From: Monocercomonoides exilis PA203
Taxonomy: Eukaryota > Protista > Preaxostyla
Assembly (NCBI GenBank): GCA_001643675.2
Contig: LSRY02000045.1
Span: 744,001-808,000 of the forward strand
Direction: 5' to 3'
DNA: 64,000 nucleotides
Numbering within the stretch: the stretch's first letter is position 1; each line of letters opens with the position of its first letter. Position numbers and translations under genes: made by a program. Shown here one piece after another: positions 37,790-50,800 of the stretch. The notes under the pieces are model-generated. The model saw only the letters and a list, made by a program, of their open reading frames with translations, had not been told where the DNA came from and made no database searches.

Positions 37790-38097
37790 TATCATCATCA
37801 TCATCTTCTTCTCTTATTTCTCCCTCTCTTACATCTTCATCTTCACTTTCACCTTCACCTTCATCTTTGTCTATGTCATTATCATCATCATTACCCTCTT
37901 CTTCTTCTCTTTCTCCTTCTCCTTCTCCTTCTCCTTCTCCTTCTCCTTCCTCTTCTCTTTCTCTTTCTCCTCTTTCTCCTTTTTCTTCCATTTCTCCCCC
38001 AAAAATCACTCAAAATCCTATCCAATCATCATTATCTTCTTCTTCTCCCTCCTCTTCTTTAACCTCTTCTTCTTCCTTCTCTTTTTCTCCTCCTTCT

Positions 38098-38129
<32 letters not shown>

Positions 38130-39513
38130 CCTCTTCCTCTACCCTCCTCTCTCTCTCCCAGACAAGCTTCTCCGCTCTCCCAAGTTCATTGGAGAGGCTG
38201 TGTGTTATTGGAACACCAACAACCTTCCACTCAGAATGCTCGTGTTGCCAAAGAGGAAGAGAGGAAGGCCTCCTGGGTCATTGAACAAGCAGAAGAAGGG
38301 AAGAAGGGAGAAGGGGGAAGGAAGAGAAGGAGGAAGAAGAAGAGAAGAAGAAGAAGAAGAAGATTTAAGAGGAGAAGGAGATGATGGTGATGATAAAGAA
38401 GAAAAAAGAGCAAGAGAAAGAGAAAGATCAAAATCAAACACAAATCCCTTCAATAGAACCCATCCATCTTCCAATTCCTCGAATACAAAGGAGAATTCCA
38501 CTGCTCTTTCTCTTCTTTCTCGTTTCAGCCCGATTTCAGCGATTCCGCTCAAGTCTTCCTTTGAAGACGTGCAGATGTCTCTTCTGGCAGACAGGTTGGC
38601 TCACAAACAGGAGGGAAACGAGGAGAAGATGGAGAAGATGGAGAAGGAGAAGGAGAAGGGGAAGGAGAAGGGGAATTCGGTTGCTGTTTTTTCTTCTTCT
38701 GCTTCTTCTGTTTCTGCTTCTTCTGTTTCTGCTTCTCCTCTTTCTACTTCTCCTCTTCCTTCTTCTTCTTCTTCTTCTTCTATTCAAGTTTCTTCTTCCA
38801 TTTCTTCTTCTCCTTTTTCTTCTTCTTCTTCTCTTCCGCTTGTTTCTTCTTCTCCATTTAATTCTTCTTCCTCTCTTTCTCCTCTTCCTTCTTCTCCTAT
38901 TTCATCTTCTCCTTTCTCTTCTTCTCCTTCTGCTTCCATTTCTTCTTCCATTTCTTCTCCTTCTCCTTCACCTCTTTCTTCTTCTTCTCTTTCTTTTCCT
39001 TACTCTTCCTCTTCCTCTTCTTCTCCATTTTCTTCTTCTTCTTCTTCCCTCTCTCCTTCTCCTCCTTTGCTCTCTTTCAAACATAATAATAATTCACCTC
39101 CTCTTCCTTTTGCTTCTTCTTCATCTTCATCATCCAATTTAATTTCTTCTTCTTCTTCCTCTCCATATAATTCTTCCTCTTCTTCCTCTTCTTCTTCCTC
39201 TTCTTCTTCCTCTTCTTCTTCCTCTTCTTCTTCCTCTTCTTCTTCCTCTTCTTCTTCCTCTTCTTCCTCCTCCTCTTCCTCCTCTTCTTCTCCATTATCA
39301 TCATCTTCGTTACCTTCTTCTTCTTTCTCTTTCTCTCCTCCCTTTTCTTCTTCTTCTTCCTCCTCCTCCTCCTCTTCTTCCTCTTCCTCTTCTTTGCCCT
39401 CTTTTCCTGCTTCACTTCAACACACTCCATCTTTCAAAAATCCTTTTTCTTCTCCTTCTCCTCCTTTTCCTTCTCCTTCTTCCTCTTCATTTTCTTTCTT
39501 CTCTTCCCCCTTG

Positions 39514-39544
<31 letters not shown>

Positions 39545-40029
39545 TTTCTTCTTCCTCTTCTCTTCCTTCTCCTCCTCTTCCTTCTTCTTCATTTCCTTCT
39601 TCTTCTCTTTCTTTTCCTTCTTCTTCTTCTTCTTCTTCTTCTTCTTCTTCTTCTTCCTTCCAATCAATCTTCATTCAACCATCCATCTTCCCTACAAACA
39701 CAAAACCTTCTTCTATTTTGTCTGCGTCTCAACATTTCATCCACACAAGCAAGACAAATTCTGTCTCTTCTTCTGCTTCTAATCCTTTTTCGCCTTCACA
39801 AACAATTTATTCTTCTTCTCCTTCTTCCTCTTCCTCTTCTTTTTCTCCTTCTCCTTCTTTTTCTTCTTCTTCTCTTTCTTTTCCTTCCTCTTCCTCTTCC
39901 TCTTCTTTTTATACAAATTCTCCTCCTTCTTCTTCTGCAATGAAGACAATCGTCTCATCATCTCCTTCATCATCATCACAATCACAATCACAATCACCAT
40001 TTTCTCCTCCTCCTTCTTCTTCTTCCTCC

Positions 40030-40062
<33 letters not shown>

Positions 40063-40449
40063 TCTTTTACCTCTTCTTCTTCCTCTTCTTTTACCTCTTC
40101 TTCTTCCTCTTTCCCATCTTTTCCATCTCCTCCTTCAAACTCTCCTTTTCCTCCTTTTTCTTCTCGATCAATCGATCCATTTCTGTACTCTTCAATCAAA
40201 AGCTCTCCTTCCTCATCCTCATCCTCTTTCTCTTCCTCTCTTTCCTCCTCCTCTTCCACCCCTTCTTCTTTGTCTTCCTCTTCCTCCTCACCTTCTTTTT
40301 CTTCTCCTTCTCCTTCATCATCGTCAACTTCTTCCTCTTCTTCTTCTTCTCTTCCTTCAAATTATTCTTCGCTCAATTCTTTTTTGGCCTCAAATACGAT
40401 CGTCACACAGCAGATGGCACTCGCCAATCCGAATAACCTGACTGTTTGA
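33916..40449 (+). CDS. 2177-aa low-complexity protein: alternating poly-Ser/Pro and Glu/Lys/Arg blocks, with AT-hook motif
   Basis: 6.5-kb open frame. A globular-looking segment near the N-terminus (KLWCVIPVDP...FQAFFNHGSLLVHAVVVLD), LPKRKRGRPPGS AT-hook (~38245-38280), and RGRGRG and KGKGKG runs. Length is partly sustained by stop-poor repeats, but non-repetitive islands stay in frame. Confidence 0.65.
39174..39290 (+). repeat. Tandem ~12-nt (TCTTCTTCTTCC) repeat encoding poly-Ser
   Basis: Regular 12-nt periodicity read directly. Confidence 0.8.
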
Positions 40450-41361
40450 GGTCTTTTCGAAGAATGCTTTATTTCTAAATGTTTATTGAGATGATATAGT
40501 TATTTTTTTATGTTTATTTTTATTTTTATTATTTATTTATTTGATTCACTTTGGAGAAAGAATTGTGGATTCTGAAGTTTTTATTCTTTTTCTTATTATT
40601 TTTAATTATTAAAAAAAAATTTTTTTTTTTTTTTTTATCTTCCAGATTTTCAGAAATATTTTTATAAAGCATAAAACTTTTCGTTTTTTTCCTGTTAATA
40701 TTTATATTAACAAATATCAGAAAAGGGTTGTTCGTTTCTATTTTTAAAAAAATCACACATAACATGAAATATCCTTTTTGAAATTATTCTTTCTTTCGAG
40801 TTGTGATCAAAAATATTTCCTCAATGAAATTTTTGAAAAAACAGTTACAAAGGTTAGTTCATTCTGCTCATGATGATGTAATTAAGGATATGTGGAAAAA
40901 TTCTTTAATTTAAGAAAAAAAATTGGATTATTTCCATTCTTTTTCTGCTTTCATTTCTTAATAAGTTAATCATTGTTGTGCTTAAAATATTGTTTCAAAA
41001 TCGATAAACAAGAAACATTCAAAATGATGGATGGGACACAATTCTGAAAACTTAAAAAAACTGTCCCTCTTAAAATATTCAACAATTCCAATTGAGGGAA
41101 AAAAAAGAAGAAAAGGAAACAAACAAACAAACAAATAAGTTGTTAAACAAAATAAAATATAAAAACTTTGCCATAATTGATGTTTTGCCTTTATTTTTAT
41201 AATCTCGAATATAGTTAGTGTTGATAATTGTGGACTCTTTCAATTGCTGTAAACAATGACAATATCTCATCAACTATTAATTGTTGCATTTCGACTATTG
41301 ATCAAATAATCACTTCAATAAATGCAAACTTATATGAATTGTTTCCATCATTCATCCAATT

Positions 41362-43409
41362 CCAAGAATTATTTTTTTTAATTGGGTTATAATTTTATCT
41401 TGACCTTTTTTTATCAAAACCTTTTTTTTTAATTTATCATTATCTTTTCCCACAATTTCATATTTTTAAAGATTTTTAAGTATATATATGAATTCAATAG
41501 ATAAAAATAAATCCATTTTGCAACAAACCCAATTTCGAATGGGGGGGGGGGGGAGATGTGGGGGTTTAGCCCCTTCATTGAACTTCTGTGTGGAATTGGA
41601 GGGTTACATGGGGCATAAAACCTTCAGTTTGTTTAAAACGTTATTTTTCGATTTTTTTTTTCATTTCATCTCTATAAAAAAATAAAAAATTGTTATAATC
41701 GTAAAAATATTATTATAAAAATGAAAATATCCACAAAAACAAAATTAAAAGAAGGTCAGTAAATTACAGAGAGAAATGTCTTCACGCAAGTGTAGGAATT
41801 ATTACAGTCGGCTGGAGCGAATGGCTCACATCGTTGTCGATGGAGTAGTTCGCTTTCCGGATGCTATTAATTCCAAGGAATTCAGCCGTGCAGGAATAAA
41901 GAATGCAGTTCGAGCACTGAGAAAAGGAAGGCTTGTTGGAAAAGTTGGCAGACCTGCAGCAGTAGTGGGCGAAAAGGAACAAAGAGTTTTAGACATTATT
42001 CACATTGAAGCAAAGTCTGGAACATGTTTAACTTTGAAAAAAACAAGAGAATTGGTTTGTTTAATTTTTATTAATATGTTTTAATCATTTGTTTTTCAGA
42101 TAGAAAATGTTATAAACGACAACAATGACGAAGACGCACCATTTACCGAAGTTTCAATATCTGCCACACATGGCTTTGTCAAGCGTCATCCTGAGCTGAT
42201 GACTGGAACGCCGAAGAATTTGGACATCAGCAGATTGGCTGTTTCGTGCAAAAGTGTTTTTAAACACTAATGAAAAATTCTCGAAGATCTGAATGAAAAG
42301 TTTCACAACAAGCCAGCTCTTATTATCAACATCGACAAATCTTCAACGTGCGTTCCCTCAGATTCAAAATAGCTTGATACGCACTCTGCTGATGCGAAAG
42401 TTGGTTTCACAAAAGAACATCCAAGAATGATAAATTCTACATTCGTAGCAGCTGTTGCAGCGGACGGATATGCCTTTCCTTCAGTCATTTTGTGGCCAAG
42501 TGCAAAGCTGCCAGAAGAACTGAAATGCCTGCTATCTCCAACGCATGAGATATGGGCAAATGGAAGCGGCTGGATGGACAACGAGTGCTTCAAAATGCAT
42601 GCTCTCACTGTTCTTCTGCCTTCTATCATCGAAAGAAGAAAGCGCATGTCACTTGAAAACGAACACATTCTTCTCCTCCTTGATTCGCATGGATCTCGCG
42701 CAGATCCATCGATCTGGCGAGAATTCCAAAAGCAACAAGTCGACGTTCTAACCTTCGTGCCACACAGGACACACCTCTGTCAGCCGTTAGACAGAGGAGT
42801 GTTTGCTGTATTCAAATCTGAACTGACAAACAGATTTGAGGCTCCCTCTTCTTTTTCATCTTCCTCCAAACGAGCAGCAATTTCCGACGTTCTGCCTCAA
42901 GCCATCCACACTGCATTGTCTCCTTCTGTGATTCAGAAAGCTTTTGTCTGCAGTGGTGTTCTGCATAATACTTCTGGGCCAGTTCTTTTGAAACTGCCCG
43001 AATCTTCAATTTACCCTCTTCCATCCCGAAGAAATAGATTCAACTTTTATGGAAAAGTGATAACCGACGAAAATCTTTTAGAGAAATGGGAAAATCATTT
43101 GAAAATGAATATTGAAAGGAAAAATGAAATGGATGAAAAGGAGAAAGATGAAGTGAAGACTGTTGTGGATGAAAAGAAAAAAATAAAAAGAAGATTTCTT
43201 CATGTGAAAAACGATGATTCTGATGAAGAAAAGAAAGATAATGCATTAAATCGAGCTGAAGGAAAAAGGAAAGTTATCAGAAGAATTAATTCTGATTTTG
43301 TTTTCTTTTAATTATGTTGTTTTTTGAATTTTTTTCACTTCATTTTTTTGGGTCAGAATAAAGAAAAAGGGCCAAGATAAAATGATAACACTTAATCAAA
43401 TTTTCTTGG
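41362..43409 (+). mobile_element. pogo/Tigger-like (Tc1/mariner superfamily) DNA transposon relic with degenerate TIRs
   Basis: Left gttataattttatcttgaccttttt (41386-41410) versus reverse complement of right 43364-43389, gttatcattttatcttggcccttttt. Outer ccaagaa/ttcttgg also match. Encloses the transposase. Confidence 0.72.
41776..43311 (+). pseudogene. DDE_1 (pogo/CENP-B family) transposase pseudogene with a 45-nt intron
   Basis: GRPAAVVGEKEQ, GFVKRHPEL (CENP-B-type HTH), INIDKS (first D), VAAVAADG, NGSGWMD, LLLLDSHGSR, VPHRTHLCQPLDRGVF..FK. Removing GT-AG intron 42055-42099 joins the frames. In-frame stops at TAA 42268, TGA 42271 and TAG 42370. Confidence 0.9.
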
Positions 43410-44850
43410 TGAAAAAATCCTGAGAATCTAATTTCTACGTGTTTCTCCGAAAATGGATAATGTTTTTATCTTTATTGCATATATCAAAAATTTGTGATAA
43501 GCTCCTTTTGTGTAATTTTCAGAATAAAATGAAAACTGAACATTTTCTTCATATTTTCAATCCAACTCACTGAATTCAACAGCATGGGAAAACAAGCTTG
43601 ACAATGCAATAATAAACATTCTTGTGAAGTTTAGTAAGTGGAAACAAAATATTTATCGAAAAATGAAAATTTTATTTTGCATGATATTTAAACAAAAGGA
43701 AGTTTTCAAAAAAAAAATATCAATGTGTTATTTTTTTCAGAAAAGAAAAAATGATTTCTGCAATTCATGTATTGCTTTTCATAATTAATTCGATGTCATT
43801 TTCTTTATCGTGTTAGATTCATTTGCCTATCCATCAGAATAAAGCAAGATATTTGTGAGTGAATATCCTTTTCGCAACATATTGTCCTTGCTCAATATCA
43901 TTGAACAGTGTTGTTATTCATTTGTATTGAAATGTCAAAAATCTCAATAAAAAACTATTTTTTTCTTTGGAAAAATAACAAGCACATCATCGATCACCTT
44001 TTTCAACAATGAATTACAGCGTCTCGCTTCGGTCATCAATCTTTCTTCAACAATTTATTTTATCTTCAAAAAAAAATCAGTTGCCTAAAGTGGAGATTTG
44101 AAGAACATTGATCATTCAGGAATGAAAAATGTAACGAGAGATAAAACCTTCACCATTTATCATCCTGTTCGAAGAGCGTTTCATAAAGATGACTGCATAA
44201 AGGATGGAGGAAAATTGAGGTTTGAAAAGTTTCAATTTCAAAGAGATTTCAAACACAATGATTTCAAATTAACCATTCACATTTCTTGTTTTGATCTCTT
44301 TTATTCATTCCCAATAACATTCCTTTGAAATGACTAAATAACTAAAAAAGAAAAGAAAAGAAAACACGTATATCTTCTTTGTTGTGAAGAAGACCAAACA
44401 GAAGCTCCAAAAATGATGAAAAGATAAATATTGCAAAAGTATATCACAGCACAGCCAAATACATACACACACCAATACATACAAATACATACTAATATAT
44501 ACTGATATGTGCGCCAACTGTTCACTGGCACATACCAGAGGCTTCAAATGTTCCATTGGAGAGAGAATGGAAAAATGAATGTGAATGAAAGACAAATGCA
44601 AATGCAAATCAAACACTTCAAACAGAAAACAGAAAACAAAAAACGAAAGAATAATTCCATTCAATAAAAATATCACTCACTCACATACAACCCAACAAAA
44701 ACAACAAAAATTGCAAACACGTTTCACTCCACTTGATCTTTTATCCGTCCATCTCCAATTCAACTGCCTCCATTTCCATCGTTCAAACCCTCCAACTCTT
44801 CGTCTTTTTCTCTCCTTTTCCTTTTCATTTCGTTTGTATCAATCGTCCAT

Positions 44851-47800
44851 TCATGCCATCCCTCTCTCTTCCCCTTTCAAATAGCTGCTCGGCACAATCT
44901 CATCCCCGCTTTTGTCTCGCCTGATCACCGACCCATCCACCAGGCAAAGCGCATCCGATGCTGTCACCATCATCGCCCCTGGCCCGCACCCCGCCGCCAG
45001 CTCTCGCCTCAGCTCCCCCAGCCCACACCGGTCTCCAGGCGCACACACCACACACCCCTTCACAACCCCGCCAAATGACGACCCCGCCACCTTCTCCATC
45101 TCCGGCCTCTCCCCATTCACAATCTTCTGCCCTGCCACCTCTGCCGGATACTCCCCAAACGGAATCTCCACCGTCAGAATCTCCCACAGCATCATCCCCA
45201 TCGAAAACACAACCGACTCCTTCGTTGCCCCTATCTTCCTCTTCATCTGTAGCTCTGGCGCCTTCCATCTCAAACAATCATTCCAGTTGTCGGGCTCATC
45301 CTTAAATGCTGATGAGGGCAGAGAGTCACTATCATCATCATCATCACTGGCAGATGTCACATCTGTTGATGAAGAAATGGATGATGAGTCTGAGTCATCA
45401 TCTGACGAGCAGTCTGAGTGGAGTGCAATGCAGATCACCATGTGCTCCGAAAACAGAACAATGTGCGGACTCAGATTCTCCAGAGACGAAAGCGGAACTT
45501 CCATCTCGTCAAACGAGTGGAGCGCCAAATTCGCCACCAGCAGCAGCACTTCTGCTGCTGTCTGCTCTCTTTCCTTCAATGTGCCTATCGCCATCTCCTT
45601 TGTTTTATTCCTCCCATGAAGCAGCATGAACAGCGAATCCCTCAAATCCACAATCAGCTTCTCATGTGGTGATGAGCAGGCAATTGCATCCACCAGATTC
45701 GATATCGATGAGGTGGTCGGACACAGATCGTCCATCCTCACAAATGTTGTGTTTGTGTCTGTGGATGAGATGGATGGTGATGGTGTTCTCTTCCTTATCT
45801 CTTCTTCTTCTTCTATCTCCAGTGCCCATTCAGGAATCTTGTCTGAATCCTTTCCAAGAATATATTCAGTGGAGCCACTCTCAGCCAACAAATACTCTTC
45901 TGACTCCGAATGCACCATCTTCTTTTCATACACCCTCTTCTTTGCATTCTCTTCATTCTTCTTCTCTTCTCTCCTCCATTGCGCCTCTGGTGACATCTCC
46001 ATCGTTACCATCTCAAATGCCTTCGGATCCTTCTTGATGTTATCATCAACAATCTCTTTGTATTTTTTCGCTTCTTCTTTTTCCTTTCTCCATCGAACAG
46101 CCAAAACAATAGATACAATCAGAACAATAAGCAGAATTACAACAAGCACAATCACAATCAACAACCAATAAGATTTTCCTTCTTTTCCTCCTTCAGCAAT
46201 CCTTTCATCCCCATTTGTCTTTGCTTCACTTGCATTCTTCAGAATAAATGAATTTGTTGATGAAGGATAATCATTAACTCCGAATAAAATGAGCACACTC
46301 ACCTCAATATCATCTCCGCAGCTGCTGACGAGATCTTTCTCCACATTTCCTTCTGCTTCTCTTTCTGATAATAGCCCATTTCTATCAAAATCGTGTTTTT
46401 CAATCTCTTTCTCTTCTCCCTTCTTCTTCACAACTGAGAATGACAAATTGCATGGAATAAGAAGCATTCCTTTGAATATCAATTTCATTCTATCTGTCTC
46501 TTCTTTTGCTTCCACACTCTCCAGAACAGGAATGAAGAATGATGAATCCCTCTCTGAAGCAATCCCTTCAAAACTGCACCCATCATTCAACATCCAAAGA
46601 GATGTATTTCTTTCCCATCCATCTCCTCCTTTCAGACACACAACATTCAATGTTCCTGAATCTGAGCAAATGATATTCCTTCTCAGCGATGGATATCCTT
46701 CAATTGATGGATTATTGTTTTCAAATCTTCCATCATTAACGATCAATGCCCCTCCATTTATTGTTATTCCACCTTCTGGTGAATTCGAGATTGTTGAATC
46801 CTTCATCATCACAGAACTCTTCGCAACATCCACAAGAGATCCTTCCCATCTGCACATCTCTTCTTCTGTATTTAAATATTGTTCGTTTCTTTCATTTGAA
46901 CTCCCATCGAAAATGCAACTGTCCATTTTCACATCCAAACAATTCCCCAGCTTTATCAACTTCCCTTTTGTTTTGTTTGAACTGACTCTGCCCATTGTGC
47001 AATTTGTCAATTGCATCGTCTTTTTCATTGACAGGCAACATATCAATGATTCTTCATTTCCTTCAACTGTGATATTTTCTGTTTTGAAATCCTTGATTGT
47101 CAATTGCCCGTATTCATAAACATCTATCAGAGATTTTGAAATTGTTGAATTGCAAATCGTTAATGAATCGATGACTGATGCAAGTGATGATAATAGAGAT
47201 AATGAAGATTCATGAAGAATGAGATTTGATATCTTGCATTCCATGAGTTGTAATTCTCCTTTTTCCATTTTTATAATGAGAAATGGAATGTTTGCTAATT
47301 CTATACTTCCTTCTCCAGCCGATTGTTTTGAGTCAAATGAGCAATTTATTATCTCAAGAATCCCTCCCTCTGGTGATATCAATGATTCGTGTGAAGAGAT
47401 GAAATTTGAATCAAACACAAAATTCACTCTCACCAACGAGACTGTTTCTCTTGTTGAAATCAAAGAATCCTTTGTTTTTTCAATTCTTGATTTCACTTCA
47501 ACTTTACAATTTTCTCTGCTCTTCGAACTCAGACTCATCTCCTCCAGATTTATTTCTCTTCCAATCACACTCTCAGTGTCAACATACAATAGACTCACAT
47601 ATTCAGATGTCAGATGCATCAGTCCATGCTCAATTGAATCACATGGAAGAGCATTTGTTCCACATTGTCTGTCATTCGAACCATTCACACTGCTCACAAC
47701 AATTGTGTCACTCTGATGGATAGTCACAAATTCAATAAGATCTGTATCTTCTTTGTGCTCACAACTATCAATTCCATATATAGCATTAATTCGTGAATAA

Positions 47801-50800
47801 TGATTCTCTCGAAGATCAAACTGGAATTGGCTTTCATTGATCTGGGATGGGATGTTGAAGCATTCAATGAAAATATCATTCCCCACTCTTGCTGTGTTTG
47901 AACTGAATTTCATTCCCGTAAATGTGAAATCAAGAAACCCTCTTTCCTTTGTTGCCAGATACACCCCTCCTCCTTTTCCATTGGTGCAGCTGCATTGGCT
48001 GATTGTTGAGTCAATCATCTTCATCGATCCAGATACACCCAATGTGAAGAATATTGCCCCTCCTTTTTCACTCATTTCTGCTTTGTCTTCTGTGATGTTG
48101 CTCGAATTCACAGCCAAACAAATCCTTTTCTCACTCTTTGATTCCAAAATGTTTGGTCCATTGTCACTTCTCTTCACTCCTGAAAATGATGAATTATTAA
48201 TCTCAATATTTACACATTCTTCATTTATCTTAAATCCTTGTTCAGATTTCTTGATTGATAAAATGCATCCTCTGCTTTCATTCAACGATTCCACTCGAAT
48301 ATTCACAAAATGGCAAGTAATTCCAGCATCGTGAATGACAAAAATACTGTTTCCAACATTGCACGATTCAATCGACAAATCATTCACTTCCACACTTCCT
48401 CCAATCACATCCACGAATACACAATCAAATCCATTATTAACTCCTGCTTCTGAATGGAATGAACATCCAGTTATCACCAACTCACCAGCTCTGCTTGAAA
48501 TAATCGTTTTGGCTGAGTTGTCGAATCCCGATGTTAATCGGAGCTGGATATTCGTCAATTCAAGATGAATATCATTTTCCATGAAATATTCCGGTTGACT
48601 TCCTATTGACTTTTCAAAATTCAATATTGCTTTTGTATCTTCTTCTCCAATCTTTACACTTTTTTTGATCTGATAATTGGACACGTTGAATGAATCTCGA
48701 ATAAAAGTTGATCCTTCAATCTGAATTGTTTTATTTTCATCTTCATCTCTCATATTTTTCATCCCTTTCCACATTGTGAAGCATGGCTCTTCCTCACTTC
48801 CACAACGTGCAACATCAAATCCACTTGATGAGATAAATATCTCAAATGAGCTGAATGGAATGAGGAACATGAATAAATCTTTGCTTGAATGAAAATCATC
48901 ACTTCCCACAAACAAATTGTTATCATCCTTCATTGATGAGTAATCAAACTTGAATGACTCATTTATCACAGAAGAATTAAAATCCTTTCCCAAAATGAAC
49001 ACATTCTTTCCAATGGCTGCATTGTTGTTTGAAAATGAAACGTTTTCTAAAAGAAATGGCTTCTCATTCAAACAATTTTGGCAATCCAAATACAAGAATC
49101 CTCCTTTCCCATTGCCTGATGAAAGCGAACAAGATGATGCATTTGTCGATTTCATCACCAATTCTTCTTCATTTTTTAATGTAACTTTTGCAACGCCTCC
49201 TTCTTCACCACTTCCAGTGTTCCTAATGTTTGAAAAGTTGCTGTTTTCGAACAAAACAGAAGAAGCCATTACCAGTGGTGAAATGGAAAATGAACATTCT
49301 GTCAGACTGCATCCCTTCAATGTGCAACTTCCACTTATTGTGGATATCAATGAGTATTGAATGGCCGTTGATGATAAGATCTCAAATAAACAGCTTTCGA
49401 GTTGAAGAACCCCACTCGATGAGATCAGTGAATTCAAATTTGGCTCAAATTGACTTGGAATCTGCAATTTCAATGATAACAAGCTGAGTGAAACTGTTGA
49501 TGAAATAACAGATGAAGATGATGATGCAGAATTCCCTTTGATCCTTTCATTAAACTGAATAGGCTTGTGTTTGGTTTCATCTCCTTCATTCACACATCCA
49601 TCAATCACAAGTGCATCTGTGAATGAATAAACATCTTCAATTGTCCCTTCATCCTTCACTTTCACTTTCCTTTCTCCTTCTGTCTCACTTCTGTCAATGT
49701 GGCTTATTCCACTCCACATCGATTCGCATGGATATCCATCGCTCCCACATCCCAATGTGTCATACCCCTCCCTCGACACACACACCTCCCTTCCCTTCAT
49801 TTCAACAAGAAACAGCCGAAGATCAACACTCTCCGCAAAATGGTCTCTGTCAATCCCTTTCATATCAACTGCCATCCATTCACCTTCTCCTTTTCCATTT
49901 TCATATTTGTATTCAAATCCAAACCTCTCCTTCGTCACTGTTTCATTCAGTTTCTTGCAAGAAATGAACAAATCCCTTCCCTCAGCTGCAACATTGTCTT
50001 TGAACGTCAATGTTGTCAACACAAAGTTATTCACACAATTGTCACTCAAATCCAAATTCACTCCTCCCCCATATCCCCCAATTGATCCCTCACCTCCAGC
50101 TGAACATTTCTCAAACGATGTCACCACTCCACTCTTTCCCAAACGCATTTCTCCTGTTCCCTTCAATATCACTGCAATCCCTCCTCCACATCCCTTCAAT
50201 GTTCCACATCCTTCAATCACAACATCATTCACCTCAATAGCACATCCATTTCCAACTTCTCCACTCACAACACCCCCATTTCCCTCCAAACTGCTCATCT
50301 TCATAATCGTGCAATTCCTCATCCCCAGCTTCTTTCCATTTTCATCCCATATCAGTCCTTTTCCTCCCATCACACATTCTTGTGCTGTCACATTCCCAAT
50401 CGTCAATGAACTCGATGATGACGAATACTCAATCAATCCCTTCATATTTGTTGTTTCCACACTCTCAAGCAACGAATCCTCAATCGAAGCACCCCCATTT
50501 CCATTAATAACAATGAATGCCTTCATTCCAAATTTCACTTTTCTCTCACTCCCTCCACAACTCATCCGGATAATCTCCACATTCCCTCCACTTGCACTCG
50601 CAAACTCATAATTCACTGCATCCACTCCATTTCCCATCTTTATCCCACAATCAGCAAACCTCAATGTCCCTCCTGAAGAATGAACAAATGATGTATGTTC
50701 CCAAATCGATTCTCCCAATTCAAATAATATCCCTGTCAATGTTGATGAAACACTGTTCATCACCAATGCTTCTTGTGTTTTTGTTCCTGTTCCTCCAACT

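Noticed and set aside
35006-40259. Many antisense and alternative-frame ORFs (poly-E/K/R, poly-L/F)
   Set aside because: Shadows of stop-poor GAA/TCT repeats; the same applies to antisense ORFs over the receptor genes and the GC-rich gene at 57.8-62.1 kb.
43450-44700. Short ORFs between the pogo element and the second receptor gene
   Set aside because: AT-rich, no motifs; treated as intergenic/3' UTR.
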